From Thermoanaerobaculia bacterium (lineage in GTDB: Bacteria; Acidobacteriota; Thermoanaerobaculia; UBA5066; Gp7-AA6), in the NCBI GenBank assembly GCA_038239305.1, contig JBBSEW010000007.1:21434-85433 (forward strand): DNA of 64,000 bases, written 5' to 3'. This document shows positions 24,688 through 33,651 of this stretch, piece by piece (position 1 is the first letter of the stretch; every line of letters starts with the position of its first letter). The position numbers and the translations under genes are program-made. The notes beneath the pieces are model-generated. The model did not search any database, had not been told where the DNA came from, and worked only from the letters and a program-made list of their open reading frames with translations.

Positions 24688-25691
24688 CGGGGACGGGAAC
24701 GGGAACGGGAACGACGCAGGCGGAAAACGGAAAACGGGAAACGGGAAACGACACGGAGGGCCGGGCGCCCGTCCGCCTTTCGTTCGCGTTTCGCGCCTAC
24801 CCGAGCGCGGTGCTCGACGTCGAGGGGCCGGACCGTGTTGCATTCCTTCAGGGGCAGCTCGCTTCGGACGTGCGCCTCGCGGAAATTGGCCGGGCGATCC
24901 CCGCGGTCGGTCTGACACCGAAGGGAAAGATCCTCTACGCCGGACGCCTCGTCGGCGGGAGCGATCGGCTTCGCCTCCTGATCCCCGCCGGGAATGATGA
25001 GCGCGAGCGCGTGCTCGTCCACCTCCGCAAGTACGCCGCGTTTCAGAAGGTCTCGATCGTCGATCGGACGGCCGAGATTGCGCGCGTCGCCTTCTTCGGG
25101 CCCACGCCCGGCGGGAACGCCGGCGAGATCGTCCCGCCCGACGGGTCAGGCGGAGTCGATGTTCTGGAGGACACGGCAGGCGAGATCCACTCCGAGTGGC
25201 TCGTCCCGGCGTCGCGTCTCTCCTCCCTCCTCGCGGGTCTCGAGGCGTCCGGTGGGGTTCTGCTGTCGGAAGAGGAGGCAGACGTCCGACGCATCGAGGC
25301 GGGCCGCGCCGAGTGGGGCATCGACGCCGACGAGTCGAACCTCCCGGACGAGGCCGGGCTCGCCGATGCGGTTTCGATCACAAAGGGCTGCTACGTCGGC
25401 CAGGAGATCGTCGCCCGGCTTCGCACGTACGGCCGGACGAATCGGAGGCTCGTCGGATACCGCTTTCCGGAAGGCCTCCTTCCCCGGGGCTCGGTTCTTC
25501 GCCGGCCGGACGATCACGCGCCGGAGACGTCCCGGGTCGAGCTCGGCCGGATCACGAGCGCGGCTGTTTCCCCGCGTCTCGGCCCGATCGGGCTCGGATA
25601 CGCGTTCCGGGATATCGCCGCCGGCGATCGGCTGGTCTCCACGATCGACCCTTCGCGGAGCGCCGTCGTCTCGACGCTGCCGTTTTCGTGA
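24684..25691 (+). CDS. ygfZ: YgfZ/GcvT-type folate-binding protein
   Basis: Motifs VLDVEGPDRVAFLQGQLASD and the YgfZ signature KGCYVGQEIVARLRTYG. The start is ambiguous. GTG at 24684 (GTGA overlap) would translate the repeat array as TGTGTGTGT..., and the next in-frame start is GTG at 24810. Confidence 0.8.
   Translation: MTGTGTGTGTTQAENGKRETGNDTEGRAPVRLSFAFRAYPSAVLDVEGPDRVAFLQGQLASDVRLAEIGRAIPAVGLTPKGKILYAGRLVGGSDRLRLLIPAGNDERERVLVHLRKYAAFQKVSIVDRTAEIARVAFFGPTPGGNAGEIVPPDGSGGVDVLEDTAGEIHSEWLVPASRLSSLLAGLEASGGVLLSEEEADVRRIEAGRAEWGIDADESNLPDEAGLADAVSITKGCYVGQEIVARLRTYGRTNRRLVGYRFPEGLLPRGSVLRRPDDHAPETSRVELGRITSAAVSPRLGPIGLGYAFRDIAAGDRLVSTIDPSRSAVVSTLPFS
24689..24749. repeat. Short-tandem-repeat locus L4: (GGGRAC)x4 then (GGAAAAC)x2(GGGAAAC)x2
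   Basis: Hexamers GGGGAC/GGGAAC at 24689-24712. Heptamers at 24722-24749. The array begins immediately after the stop of the secreted-protein gene. Confidence 0.95.
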
Positions 25692-25750
25692 TTCCAGCGG
25701 ATACACCGAACGTCGTCCTGGTGGCGGCCGTGCCCGCCATCTCCTGAACG

Positions 25751-25910
25751 CGTCGACGCTCCGGCGAACGCCGGCGGCGAAGTCGGGTTCTCCGTCATCC
25801 TGCAGCCCCTGATCTCGTCGGCGCTCGCCGTCGGCGTCCTCCGGGAAGCGTGGAGCGGCGCGCCACTCTCGCGGCGGGGCTCATATTCGCCGGGCTCGCC
25901 TCCGGGTCGG
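25751..25910 (+). pseudogene. possible frameshifted C-terminal remnant of an EamA/DMT-family transporter
   Basis: One frame reads ...GFSVILQPLISSALAVGVLREAWSG. The next frame continues ...ATLAAGLIFAGLASG. Joined, they resemble the last TM pair of EamA proteins. No upstream part exists, because ygfZ ends at 25691. Confidence 0.3.
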
Positions 25911-26042
25911 CGCCCGGCGCGGCCCCGTCACCGCACCGGAGAAGATCGACGGAAGCCCTTCATCGGCAGCCAGCGCAACCGGGGCCTGCCATCGGTTCGA
26001 TGACGCCGGCGAGCGGACAGCGGTCGGCGGACCGTTCGGGCG

Positions 26043-26531
26043 TCAGATCTTGCAGGTCGCGAGACCGCGCTTCTCGAGATACTGCTGGTGGTAGTCCTCG
26101 GCGGGCCAGAACTTCTCCGCCGGAAGAATCTGCGTGACGATCGGCTTGCGATATCGGCCGCTCTTCCCGAGGGCTTCCACGGAAGCCCTCGCCGCCGCCT
26201 CCTGCTGCGGGTCGTGAAAGAAGATCGCCGAGCGATACTGTTCGCCGACGTCGGGGCCCTGCCGGTTCAATGTCGTCGGATCATGGTTCTCCCAGAACAC
26301 GTCGAGCAGCTTGTCGTAAGAGATCCGAGCCGGGTCGTAGGCGATCTCCACGGCCTCGGCGTGACCCGTGTCGCCGCCGCAGACGTCCCGATAGGTCGGA
26401 TTTTCGAGGTTTCCCCCCTCGTATCCCACGGCCGTCGCCGTCACACCTTCCAGCTGCCGGAAGGCGGCCTCGACTCCCCAGAAACAACCCGCCGCGAAGC
26501 TCGCTTTGGCCATCGTTTTCTCCTTGCTCAC
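26043..26531 (-). CDS. msrA: peptide-methionine (S)-S-oxide reductase
   Basis: 162-aa ORF with the GCFWGVE active-site motif, followed by GHAEAVEI and EDYHQQYL. Confidence 0.94.
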   Translation of the reverse strand: MSKEKTMAKASFAAGCFWGVEAAFRQLEGVTATAVGYEGGNLENPTYRDVCGGDTGHAEAVEIAYDPARISYDKLLDVFWENHDPTTLNRQGPDVGEQYRSAIFFHDPQQEAAARASVEALGKSGRYRKPIVTQILPAEKFWPAEDYHQQYLEKRGLATCKI

Positions 26532-26594
26532 ATACGCTTTCGGGGCGCCGCCGGTTTCCCGATTTGGCGGCCCGGCGCCGCCGCCATTCGCGTT

Positions 26595-26765
26595 TCAGGA
26601 TCCCGGATGGAAGGCCCGCCACGCCGCGGCGATCCCGACCACGAGAGCCGCCCAGACCACGAGGTGCATGAGCCGCCGGCGACCCGGGCTCTCCCCTTTC
26701 GCCTCGTCCGGAGGGCGGCCGTGATACTGCCGGACGTATCCGGACACGAGCCAGGCGAGCCACAA
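26595..26765 (-). CDS. possible small two-TM membrane protein
   Basis: An open frame between msrA and the thioesterase reads ...LALVLYFSLWLAWLVSGYVRQYHGRPPDEAKGESPGRRRLMHLVVWAALVVGIAAAWRAFHPGS. The only canonical start is a TTG at 26765. It is below the ORF-track size cut-off. Confidence 0.25.
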   Translation of the reverse strand: MWLAWLVSGYVRQYHGRPPDEAKGESPGRRRLMHLVVWAALVVGIAAAWRAFHPGS

Positions 26766-26797
26766 CGAGAAGTAGAGGACGAGCGCGAGCCGGATCG

Positions 26798-27154
26798 TCA
26801 GGGCACTCTCCGAAACAGAGAAAATGGCCGAAGCATTTCTTCCGGCGCACGGCGCGGCCGTCCGGTTTTGTCCGCGAATACATGGCGAGTCGAGCCTTCC
26901 GAGAGGATGTGCCCCTCATCGCGGATCTCGTAACCGAACGAGCAGCCCCGTCCCGAGAGCTCCGTCATGGTCGTCCGCACCGTGATCGCGTCGTCGTAGC
27001 GTGCCGAGCGGCGATACGTCGCCTCGACGGAGGTCACGAGGATCAGGATCCCCGAGTCCTCCATCGCCCGATACGGAAGACCGGCGGCGCGACACCATTC
27101 CGTCCTTCCGATCTCGAACCAGACGACGTAATTGGCGTGGTAGACGATCCCCAT
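26798..27154 (-). CDS. YbgC/FadM-type (4HBT) acyl-CoA thioesterase; true start probably upstream of the first ATG
   Basis: The ORF begins MGIVYHANYVVWFEIGRTEW... The conserved preceding strand (ALRVRYSETDG) is encoded in-frame upstream of the ATG with no canonical start codon (see findings). Confidence 0.85.
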   Translation of the reverse strand: MGIVYHANYVVWFEIGRTEWCRAAGLPYRAMEDSGILILVTSVEATYRRSARYDDAITVRTTMTELSGRGCSFGYEIRDEGHILSEGSTRHVFADKTGRPRRAPEEMLRPFSLFRRVP

Positions 27155-27234
27155 CCCGTCCGTCTCGGAATACCGGACGCGTAGAGCGGTCTCGACGGTG
27201 CGCAGCGGCCTGTCGGCGGCCGGTTTCTCCGGGG

Positions 27235-27714
27235 TCAGAACTTTCCCTGGAGGCGTGCGCGGACGGGCTCCGGGACGAGGCCCCGGACATCGGCGCCCAG
27301 CCGGGCCACTTCCTTGACGAGCCGGCTCGACACGTAGGAATACTCCTCCTTGGCCATCAGAAAGACCGTGTCGATCCCGGGCGCCAGCCTCCGATTCATC
27401 AGGGCCATCTGCAGCTCGTACTCGTAGTCGGACACCGCGCGCAGGCCGCGCACGATCAGGGTCGCTCCCTTTTCCTGCGCGAAGTCCACGAGGAGGCCTC
27501 GAAAAGACTGGATCGGCGTGGTCGGGTCGTCGCCGACGATCTCCCGGATCATCTCGATGCGCTCCGCGATCGAGAAAAGAGGGGTTTTGGTGTCGTTCTG
27601 AAGAATTGCCACGACCACGCGATCCGCGAGCCGGCGCGCCCGGGACAGGATGTCGAGGTGGCCGTTCGTCAGCGGATCGAAGGAGCCCGGATAGAGGGCG
27701 ACGCGTTCGGTCAT
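27235..27714 (-). CDS. coaD: phosphopantetheine adenylyltransferase
   Basis: 159-aa ORF with YPGSFDPLTNGHLDI and the RGLRAVSDYEYE motif. Confidence 0.95.
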   Translation of the reverse strand: MTERVALYPGSFDPLTNGHLDILSRARRLADRVVVAILQNDTKTPLFSIAERIEMIREIVGDDPTTPIQSFRGLLVDFAQEKGATLIVRGLRAVSDYEYELQMALMNRRLAPGIDTVFLMAKEEYSYVSSRLVKEVARLGADVRGLVPEPVRARLQGKF

Positions 27715-28586
27715 CGGTTCACACTCTTCTCGGTGGTCGCTTCCCGCAAACCCGCGGCGAGCAGATTATAGGCGCTGACCGTCGCGAAGAGCGCCAGCCC
27801 TGGAAAGAGCGCGATCCACCAGGCGTCTTCGATGTAGGCGGGGGCGACGGCGAGAATCCCTCCCCATGAAGCCATCGGCGGAGGCAGCCCGACGCCCAGA
27901 AACGACAGCGCGGCCTCCGCCAGGATCGCCCAGCCCACGCCGAACGCGGCGGACACGAGAAGAGGCGGTGCGGCGACGGGCAGCAGATGGCGCACCAGGA
28001 TGCGCGGAGTCGACGCCCCCGCCGATCGGGCCGCCCGCGTGTAGTCGAGGTCCCGCGTCTTCAGGATCTCGGCCCGAGCGAAACGCGCGTCGCCCGGCCA
28101 TGTCGTCAGTCCGATCGCAAAGATCACCGTGAGAGGAGAGGGCGGAAGAAACGCCGCCAGCGCGAGGAGCAGGAAGAGCACCGGAAAACAGAGGACGACC
28201 TCCACCAGGCGCGACAGAACGAGGTCGACCATGCCGCCGAACCATCCGGCCGTCGCTCCCACCGAGAACCCGATCAGGACCGACACGGCGGCGGCCGTCG
28301 TTCCTATCGCGAGGGAGATCGGGGTGGCCGCGATCACGCGGGCGAGCAGATCGCGGCCGAGATCATCCGTCCCGAAGGGATGAGCCCGCGAGGGAGCGAG
28401 CAGCCGGTCGTTCAGGCGAATCTCCGCGGCCCGCGCAGAAAAGAGCGGCGACACCGCCGCGACGACCCACAGAAACGCCACGACTGCCAGGGCCCCGCGC
28501 GCGCTTCGCGACAGCCGACCGGGCCGGCTCCGCGCCGAAGAGCCCGCGCGCCCGGCAGGAAATCCAGCGGCCGCGGCCTCGTTCAC
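27711..28586 (-). CDS. ABC peptide/nickel-type transporter permease (DppC/OppC-like)
   Basis: GTG at 28586 overlaps the upstream stop (GTGA). It has an EAA-loop region (ARSAGASTPRILVRHLLP). Its stop overlaps the coaD ATG. Confidence 0.9.
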   Translation of the reverse strand: MNEAAAAGFPAGRAGSSARSRPGRLSRSARGALAVVAFLWVVAAVSPLFSARAAEIRLNDRLLAPSRAHPFGTDDLGRDLLARVIAATPISLAIGTTAAAVSVLIGFSVGATAGWFGGMVDLVLSRLVEVVLCFPVLFLLLALAAFLPPSPLTVIFAIGLTTWPGDARFARAEILKTRDLDYTRAARSAGASTPRILVRHLLPVAAPPLLVSAAFGVGWAILAEAALSFLGVGLPPPMASWGGILAVAPAYIEDAWWIALFPGLALFATVSAYNLLAAGLREATTEKSVNR

Positions 28587-29560
28587 GAGATCGATCCGTC
28601 CCGCACGCGCGGATCGGCGACCGCCGACGCGATGTCCGCGACGAGAGTCAGGACGAGCGTCGAGACGGCGCCGAGAAGCGACAGCGCGAGGATCACGGGG
28701 TAATCCCGCGACAGGATCGAGTCGAAATAGAGCCTCCCGAGACCCGGCCAGGCGAATATCCGTTCGATGATCACGCTGCCGGAGAGCAGTCCCGGGAGAA
28801 CGAGCCCGAGGAGCGTCACGAGCGGGATAAGAGCGTTCCGGAACGCGTGTTTCCAGAGGGCCTGTCGCCGCGAGAGCCCCCGGGCGCGAGCCGCCAGGAC
28901 GTAATCCGCGTTCCGTGTCTCGGCGACGCTCGAGCGGATCAGGCGGGCGAAGAACGCCAGAGAACCGTATGTCAGGCAGAGAACCGGAAGGACGAGGTGC
29001 GAGGCCCGGTCGAGAAAGCCGGCCGCGCCTCCTTCCGGCAGATCGGAAGCGACGCCATACAGGGGCAGCCACCGGAGCTTCACGGAGAAGAGAGTCTGCA
29101 GCAGCAGCGCCGCCCAGAAAGCCGGAAGGGAATACAGGGCGAAAAGGATGGCGGAGGACGCGCGGTCGAGAGAGCCCTCCGGCCGGCCGCCCGCGGCCAC
29201 GCCGAGGGGCACGGCGATCGCGAGAGTCAGGAGGAGGGCGAGACCGTTCAGCACGAGAGTGTAGGGTAGGGCTTCGCCGATGCGAGCAAGAACCGGGCGG
29301 TGGTCGACGAACGATTCCCCGAAATCGAGCCGCGCCACGCGGCTGATCCATCGGGCGAATCTCTCCGGCAGCGGCCGGTCGAGGCCATACAGCCGCTGCA
29401 TCTCGTGGGCCGCCTGCTGCGAGACCCGCCTGCCGGAGCCCTCCCCGAGCGCCGAGACCGGACTTCCGGGCGCCAGATGCAGGAGCGCGAAAACCAGGAC
29501 GACGATGCCCGCAAGGGTCGGAACTGCAAAGGCGAGCCGCCTCGCGATGTAGCGCGTCAT
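28583..29560 (-). CDS. ABC peptide/nickel-type transporter permease (DppB/OppB-like)
   Basis: ATG at 29560 (MTRYIARRLAFAVPTLAGIVVLVFALLHLAPGSP) overlaps the stop of the substrate-binding-protein gene (ATGA). Confidence 0.9.
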   Translation of the reverse strand: MTRYIARRLAFAVPTLAGIVVLVFALLHLAPGSPVSALGEGSGRRVSQQAAHEMQRLYGLDRPLPERFARWISRVARLDFGESFVDHRPVLARIGEALPYTLVLNGLALLLTLAIAVPLGVAAGGRPEGSLDRASSAILFALYSLPAFWAALLLQTLFSVKLRWLPLYGVASDLPEGGAAGFLDRASHLVLPVLCLTYGSLAFFARLIRSSVAETRNADYVLAARARGLSRRQALWKHAFRNALIPLVTLLGLVLPGLLSGSVIIERIFAWPGLGRLYFDSILSRDYPVILALSLLGAVSTLVLTLVADIASAVADPRVRDGSIS

Positions 29561-31308
29561 CGCAAAACGGGCGAAGGAGAAGACGGAGGGCGCGCGGCCG
29601 GCCCTCCCTCCTCGCCGGCCGGCCACCAGCCGAGCGGCCCGGGCCAGATCCCGAACATTCCGAGCGGCGACGTCACGAGCCCTCGCACGCGACGGGAGAA
29701 CCCGAATTTCTGCGATGAGGTCGCGACGAAGATGACCGGCGCGTCGTCCCGGAAGATGCGGTGCAGCCGGTGGTAGATCGCCGTGCGGCGGGACTCGTCC
29801 TGTTCCGCCCGGGCTTCCTCCATGAGTCGATCGGCGTCCGCATTTTTGTAGAATTCACTGTTCAGGCCGTGGGGAGGCCACTGCGACGAGTGCCAGAAGG
29901 GATAGGGGTCGGGGTTCGGGTCCGATGCCGACCACGCGAGCGACGCCGCCTCGAAGTCTCCGGCGTCGACCCTTTCGGAGAAGGCCGCCCACTCGACGGG
30001 CCGGATGGTCGCGCGGATCCCGGCCCGGGCCAGCTCCGCCGCGAAGGTCTCGTCGATCTGGCGGCCCGCGGTCGTGCCGGTCGATACGAGGAGGTCGAAC
30101 GCGAACTCGCGTCCGCCTCGGTCGCGCACCCCGTTCCCGTTCGAATCGCGCCAGCCCGCGGCGTCGAGCAGCGACGCCGCGCCCGCCGGGTCGAACCGAA
30201 GAGGCGAGACGGTCGCGTCATAGACCGCCGAGTCCGGCGCCCAGGGACCGGAGAGAATCCGGGCCGATCCCTGGAAGAGGTTCCGAACGATCGCCGCCCG
30301 GTCGAGGAGCATCGTCAGCGCTCGCCGGACACGGGCGTCCGCGAAGAGTGGCGAGCGGTTGTTGAGGGCGATGTAATTCCAGCCGAGATCGAAATACTCG
30401 ACGAGCCGGCAGCACGCGGCAAACTCCGGATCCTGCGCCGCTCTCCCCTTCCCGGTCGAATCGAGGCGAGTCTCCTCGAGGTTTCCCGCGAGCAGCGACC
30501 GATACGCCACGGAATCCTCGGGAAGGATCCGAAACACGATGCGATCGAAATGGCCCCTCTCGCCCCACGCGCGCGGATTACGCTCGAGCACGATCTCCTG
30601 CTGCGGCTTCCAGGAGACGAACCGGTACGGTCCATTCGAAAAGGGGGCGCGGTTGTCGGGCGCGGAGAGAAAGTGCTTCTTCGCGAACCGCCGCTCCGGA
30701 AGAAGCGGCAGCACGAACGACATCGATCGATACGCGTACGTCTCGCGGAAGCGGACGGTGAACGTCTTCTCGCCCGTCGCGTACACCGACAGGAGGCCGT
30801 CGAAAACCGACCGGAAGACCGGGGACGGGATCTTCGGATCGACGATCGAGCGGATCGTGAACACGGCATCCGCGGCCCGCACCGGGGTCCCGTCCTCCCA
30901 TACGGCGTCGTCGCGCAGCGTGAAAAGAAAAGTCCGCCCGTCCGGCGACACCGTGAATCGGGCGAGCCCCGGAACGACCTTCATCTGCGAGTCGAGGTCG
31001 AGCAGGTTTCGGGACACGTACTGGAGGACTTCCTGTTCCGGAAGGCCGGACTGCATGACCGCATTCAGCGTCGCGGGATCTCCGCTCAGCCGGCGCCGGA
31101 GCGTGCCGCCCTCCCCCGCCGGAGCCAGGCCCGACTCGTCGAGGAACCCGAGCGGAGCGGCGACGGCGGCGGGGCGGGGCGTCGCCGACCGGGTGCTCGC
31201 GGACGGCGCGCGATCCGGTTTATCCCGACAGCCGGACGAAAGGAATATCCCGGCGGCGAGCGAAGCCGCGATCGACGCGAGAAGAACGCCTTTTCGGGGG
31301 TTTGCCAC
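29557..31308 (-). CDS. ABC transporter substrate-binding lipoprotein, family 5 (peptide/nickel)
   Basis: 583-aa ORF with a GTG start, lipobox LSSGC and SBP_bac_5-like composition throughout. Confidence 0.88.
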   Translation of the reverse strand: MANPRKGVLLASIAASLAAGIFLSSGCRDKPDRAPSASTRSATPRPAAVAAPLGFLDESGLAPAGEGGTLRRRLSGDPATLNAVMQSGLPEQEVLQYVSRNLLDLDSQMKVVPGLARFTVSPDGRTFLFTLRDDAVWEDGTPVRAADAVFTIRSIVDPKIPSPVFRSVFDGLLSVYATGEKTFTVRFRETYAYRSMSFVLPLLPERRFAKKHFLSAPDNRAPFSNGPYRFVSWKPQQEIVLERNPRAWGERGHFDRIVFRILPEDSVAYRSLLAGNLEETRLDSTGKGRAAQDPEFAACCRLVEYFDLGWNYIALNNRSPLFADARVRRALTMLLDRAAIVRNLFQGSARILSGPWAPDSAVYDATVSPLRFDPAGAASLLDAAGWRDSNGNGVRDRGGREFAFDLLVSTGTTAGRQIDETFAAELARAGIRATIRPVEWAAFSERVDAGDFEAASLAWSASDPNPDPYPFWHSSQWPPHGLNSEFYKNADADRLMEEARAEQDESRRTAIYHRLHRIFRDDAPVIFVATSSQKFGFSRRVRGLVTSPLGMFGIWPGPLGWWPAGEEGGPAARPPSSPSPVLR

Positions 31309-31338
31309 CGCCGACCATTATGGAGGAACGGGAGATGA

Positions 31339-31405
31339 ATCGGGTGGTCCGGTGACCGGGGGATCGGTGACCGGATGATCGGGCGACCGGGCGATCCGAC
31401 GATCG
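31339..31405. repeat. Short-tandem-repeat locus L5: degenerate (ATCGGGTG/ACCGGGNG) octamers x~8
   Basis: ATCGGGTG GTCCGGTG ACCGGGGG ATCGGTG ACCGGATG ATCGGGCG ACCGGGCG ATCCGACG ATCG. The array lies between the propeller gene stop and the substrate-binding-protein gene start. Confidence 0.85.
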
Positions 31406-31463
31406 TTGCCCGGCAGGCGGACCGGCGCAACCCTGCCGCCGATCTCCTGCCGGAAGACGGGGG

Positions 31464-33644
31464 CTACGGAAGCGGGAAGCTTGCCGGCGCGACGTTGCGG
31501 GCGGCGTCCGTCACCCGGATGAGCAGAAAGCCTCCTCGCGATCTCGCGTCGAGCGGGATCGAGTAGCTTTCGGCGAGGGAATCCGAGAGCCCGTCCTTCG
31601 GTTCGATCCGGACCCACTCCTTTGCGTCGATGCTGTATTCCGCCTCGACGATCGGCGACGCGGCGTCCACCGCTTCGAACTCGAATGCGCCCGCGCTGAC
31701 GGCCGTCTTGCGGATGACGGGAGGCGTGTTGTCGATCCGCACCGGCGAAGATTCGCGCGCTCCGGTTTTCTTGTCGTCCGGATTGGCGTCCGCGTCCGAC
31801 GCCGTCAGCCGGAAAACGTAGTCTCCGTCCGGCAGAGACGTCGAATCGAACGAGTAGAAGTTCTCCTTGAGGCCCTTGCGCAGTGGCAGCCACCGCGAGG
31901 AGGCCACCGCGCGAAACTCGATCTCGTAGGCGAGGACGTCCTGGTCGGCATCGGTCGCGCGCCACGTGAGGGTTCGATAGCCCTTGCGGAGGAGGTGCCG
32001 GGGCGGACCCTCCGTCTTGTTCTCTTCGAGGCTCGTGAAGATTCCCTTGTCGTCCGGCGCCGTGGTCTCGAAGACGTTGGAGCCGCCGGAAGCGGAGCGC
32101 GCAAAGATCTCGTTCGGTCCGAGCGCAAGCAGGGACTCGACGACCGGGGCCGCATTGCGGTTGTGGTACGCCGCCTCGAGCCGCCGAACGATGGGAGCTG
32201 CGGATCCGTCGGTGCTCATCCGCACCTTGATCTGCAGATACCGGGCCGTGGGAGCCGGGACGACGTCCGCGTGCTGGCGCGGGCCGAAGGCGGTCCAGGC
32301 GCTCCACGTCGTATCCGGGGCGGATGATTCTCCCGAGCGGAAAGCGAACTCGACGCGTGCGCCGGAGGGCTCGTCGCCTTCCCATCGGAACGCGCCGAAC
32401 CGGCTCGTCCGCCCCGTGTCCTTCACGGCCGATACCCACTCCCCCTGGCGTTTGCCGCCCGTGAGGCGGTAAAGACCCGTCGCAGAGTTGGTCCCCACGA
32501 TCTCACCGCCGACGGCGGTCACCTGTTTCTCGTCGAAGGTCCGTTCGAGAGCCGAGCGCCCGGCGGCGATGCGGTACAGCTTCCCGTTGGGCCCCGTCGC
32601 CGCGAGGATGGAGGCCGCATCCACATCCGGCGCCAAGCCGAACACGAGCTCCTGGCTGCTCGTCCACACCGCGCGAGGCGGCTCACTGTCGTCGAACAGG
32701 ATCACCTCCGACGAGTAGCCGCCCTTGGAGCCGGTCGTGGGTGTCGGGGCGAGACGCGGCGTCGAGACGCTCACCGTGACTTCGGCCTTCTCCTTTCCCT
32801 CGTCCGGGCTGGCCGACGTGCGGGCGGGCTTGGCGGCCTGGGGAACGTCATGCAGCGCCGAGATCGGTTCGGAGGATCCGGAGGCGGTGGAGTCCGCCGA
32901 GCCGGCGGCGGCCCACACGCGGCCGTCCGCGCTCGCCGCGATCGCGGTGATCTCGGCCTTGGCGGAATCGTAGACGGTCGACACGGCGCCCGCCGGATCG
33001 ATGCGGAGGACGAGGCCGGAGCCCGACGTACCCGCCCAGATTCGCCCCCGCTTGTCCGCGAAGAGCGCTCTCACGTGCGCATCCGGCGTCGTGTGGATTT
33101 TCTCGCCGCGGCCCGAGGCCGTGACGCGGTGGATCTCGCCGGGAAGTCCGGTCCCGACGAAGAGAGTCTTGTCGGCAAAGGCGAGCGCCCAGACGTACTT
33201 CGCCTTCGAGGCGTAATAGAGCTTCGGCGCGCCGGATTCGATCCGATAGACATTTCCCCCCGGGGAACCCGCGGCGTAGACCGAGCCGTCCGGGCCGAGC
33301 GCGATCGCCGTCACTTCCTTTTCGGTGAGTGTCGCGAACGTCTCCACCTTTCCGGCAGACGAAACGCGAAGAATGCGCCCCGAGTCTCCCGTTCCGACAT
33401 AGGTCGTGCCGCTTCCATCCGAGGCGATGCCGAAGAGCGTCGCCTCGGTGATTCCGTCGATGCGGCGGGCATCGCGCGAGAGAACCAGCGAACCGTCGAT
33501 GCCGACCGCGACTCCCCGCGCCTCGCCCGCCGAAAAATCCGACGCGGAGTCAGACAGCCAGATCTTCGTCGTGGCCGCGCGAGCGGCGGATGCGACGAGA
33601 AACGCGTACACGAGCATCGTCCCGATTCGAAGGGGCTGCCTCAT
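31464..33644 (-). CDS. secreted beta-propeller-like protein with C-terminal Ig/FN3-like domains, unknown function
   Basis: 726-aa ORF with a signal peptide. The N-terminal half has repeated blades of the form G.VYA/W.GT..G.IYR. The C-terminal part (TLTWRATDADQD...YVFRLTASD...IDNTPP) is Ig-like. Confidence 0.7.
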   Translation of the reverse strand: MRQPLRIGTMLVYAFLVASAARAATTKIWLSDSASDFSAGEARGVAVGIDGSLVLSRDARRIDGITEATLFGIASDGSGTTYVGTGDSGRILRVSSAGKVETFATLTEKEVTAIALGPDGSVYAAGSPGGNVYRIESGAPKLYYASKAKYVWALAFADKTLFVGTGLPGEIHRVTASGRGEKIHTTPDAHVRALFADKRGRIWAGTSGSGLVLRIDPAGAVSTVYDSAKAEITAIAASADGRVWAAAGSADSTASGSSEPISALHDVPQAAKPARTSASPDEGKEKAEVTVSVSTPRLAPTPTTGSKGGYSSEVILFDDSEPPRAVWTSSQELVFGLAPDVDAASILAATGPNGKLYRIAAGRSALERTFDEKQVTAVGGEIVGTNSATGLYRLTGGKRQGEWVSAVKDTGRTSRFGAFRWEGDEPSGARVEFAFRSGESSAPDTTWSAWTAFGPRQHADVVPAPTARYLQIKVRMSTDGSAAPIVRRLEAAYHNRNAAPVVESLLALGPNEIFARSASGGSNVFETTAPDDKGIFTSLEENKTEGPPRHLLRKGYRTLTWRATDADQDVLAYEIEFRAVASSRWLPLRKGLKENFYSFDSTSLPDGDYVFRLTASDADANPDDKKTGARESSPVRIDNTPPVIRKTAVSAGAFEFEAVDAASPIVEAEYSIDAKEWVRIEPKDGLSDSLAESYSIPLDARSRGGFLLIRVTDAARNVAPASFPLP

Positions 33645-33651
33645 GTCGACC

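Noticed and set aside
24689-24749. GGGAAAC as a -1 programmed frameshift slippery heptamer (it fits X XXY YYZ)
   Set aside because: Most GGGAAAC arrays are intergenic or occur in the reverse orientation. The upstream gene at this locus terminates before the array, and no overlapping downstream -1 frame ORF needs rescuing.
24147-24749. Integron-like or other mobile cassette for the repeat-flanked secreted-protein gene
   Set aside because: There is no integrase or transposase, no attC-like imperfect inverted repeats and no target-site duplication. I kept it only as a weak cassette-like observation in the findings.
25850-26137. 95-aa plus-strand ORF overlapping the 3' end of msrA
   Set aside because: Its composition is Arg/Ser/Pro-rich and it overlaps msrA in antisense. 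Only its first roughly 20 codons look protein-like, and they are better explained as part of a decayed EamA remnant.
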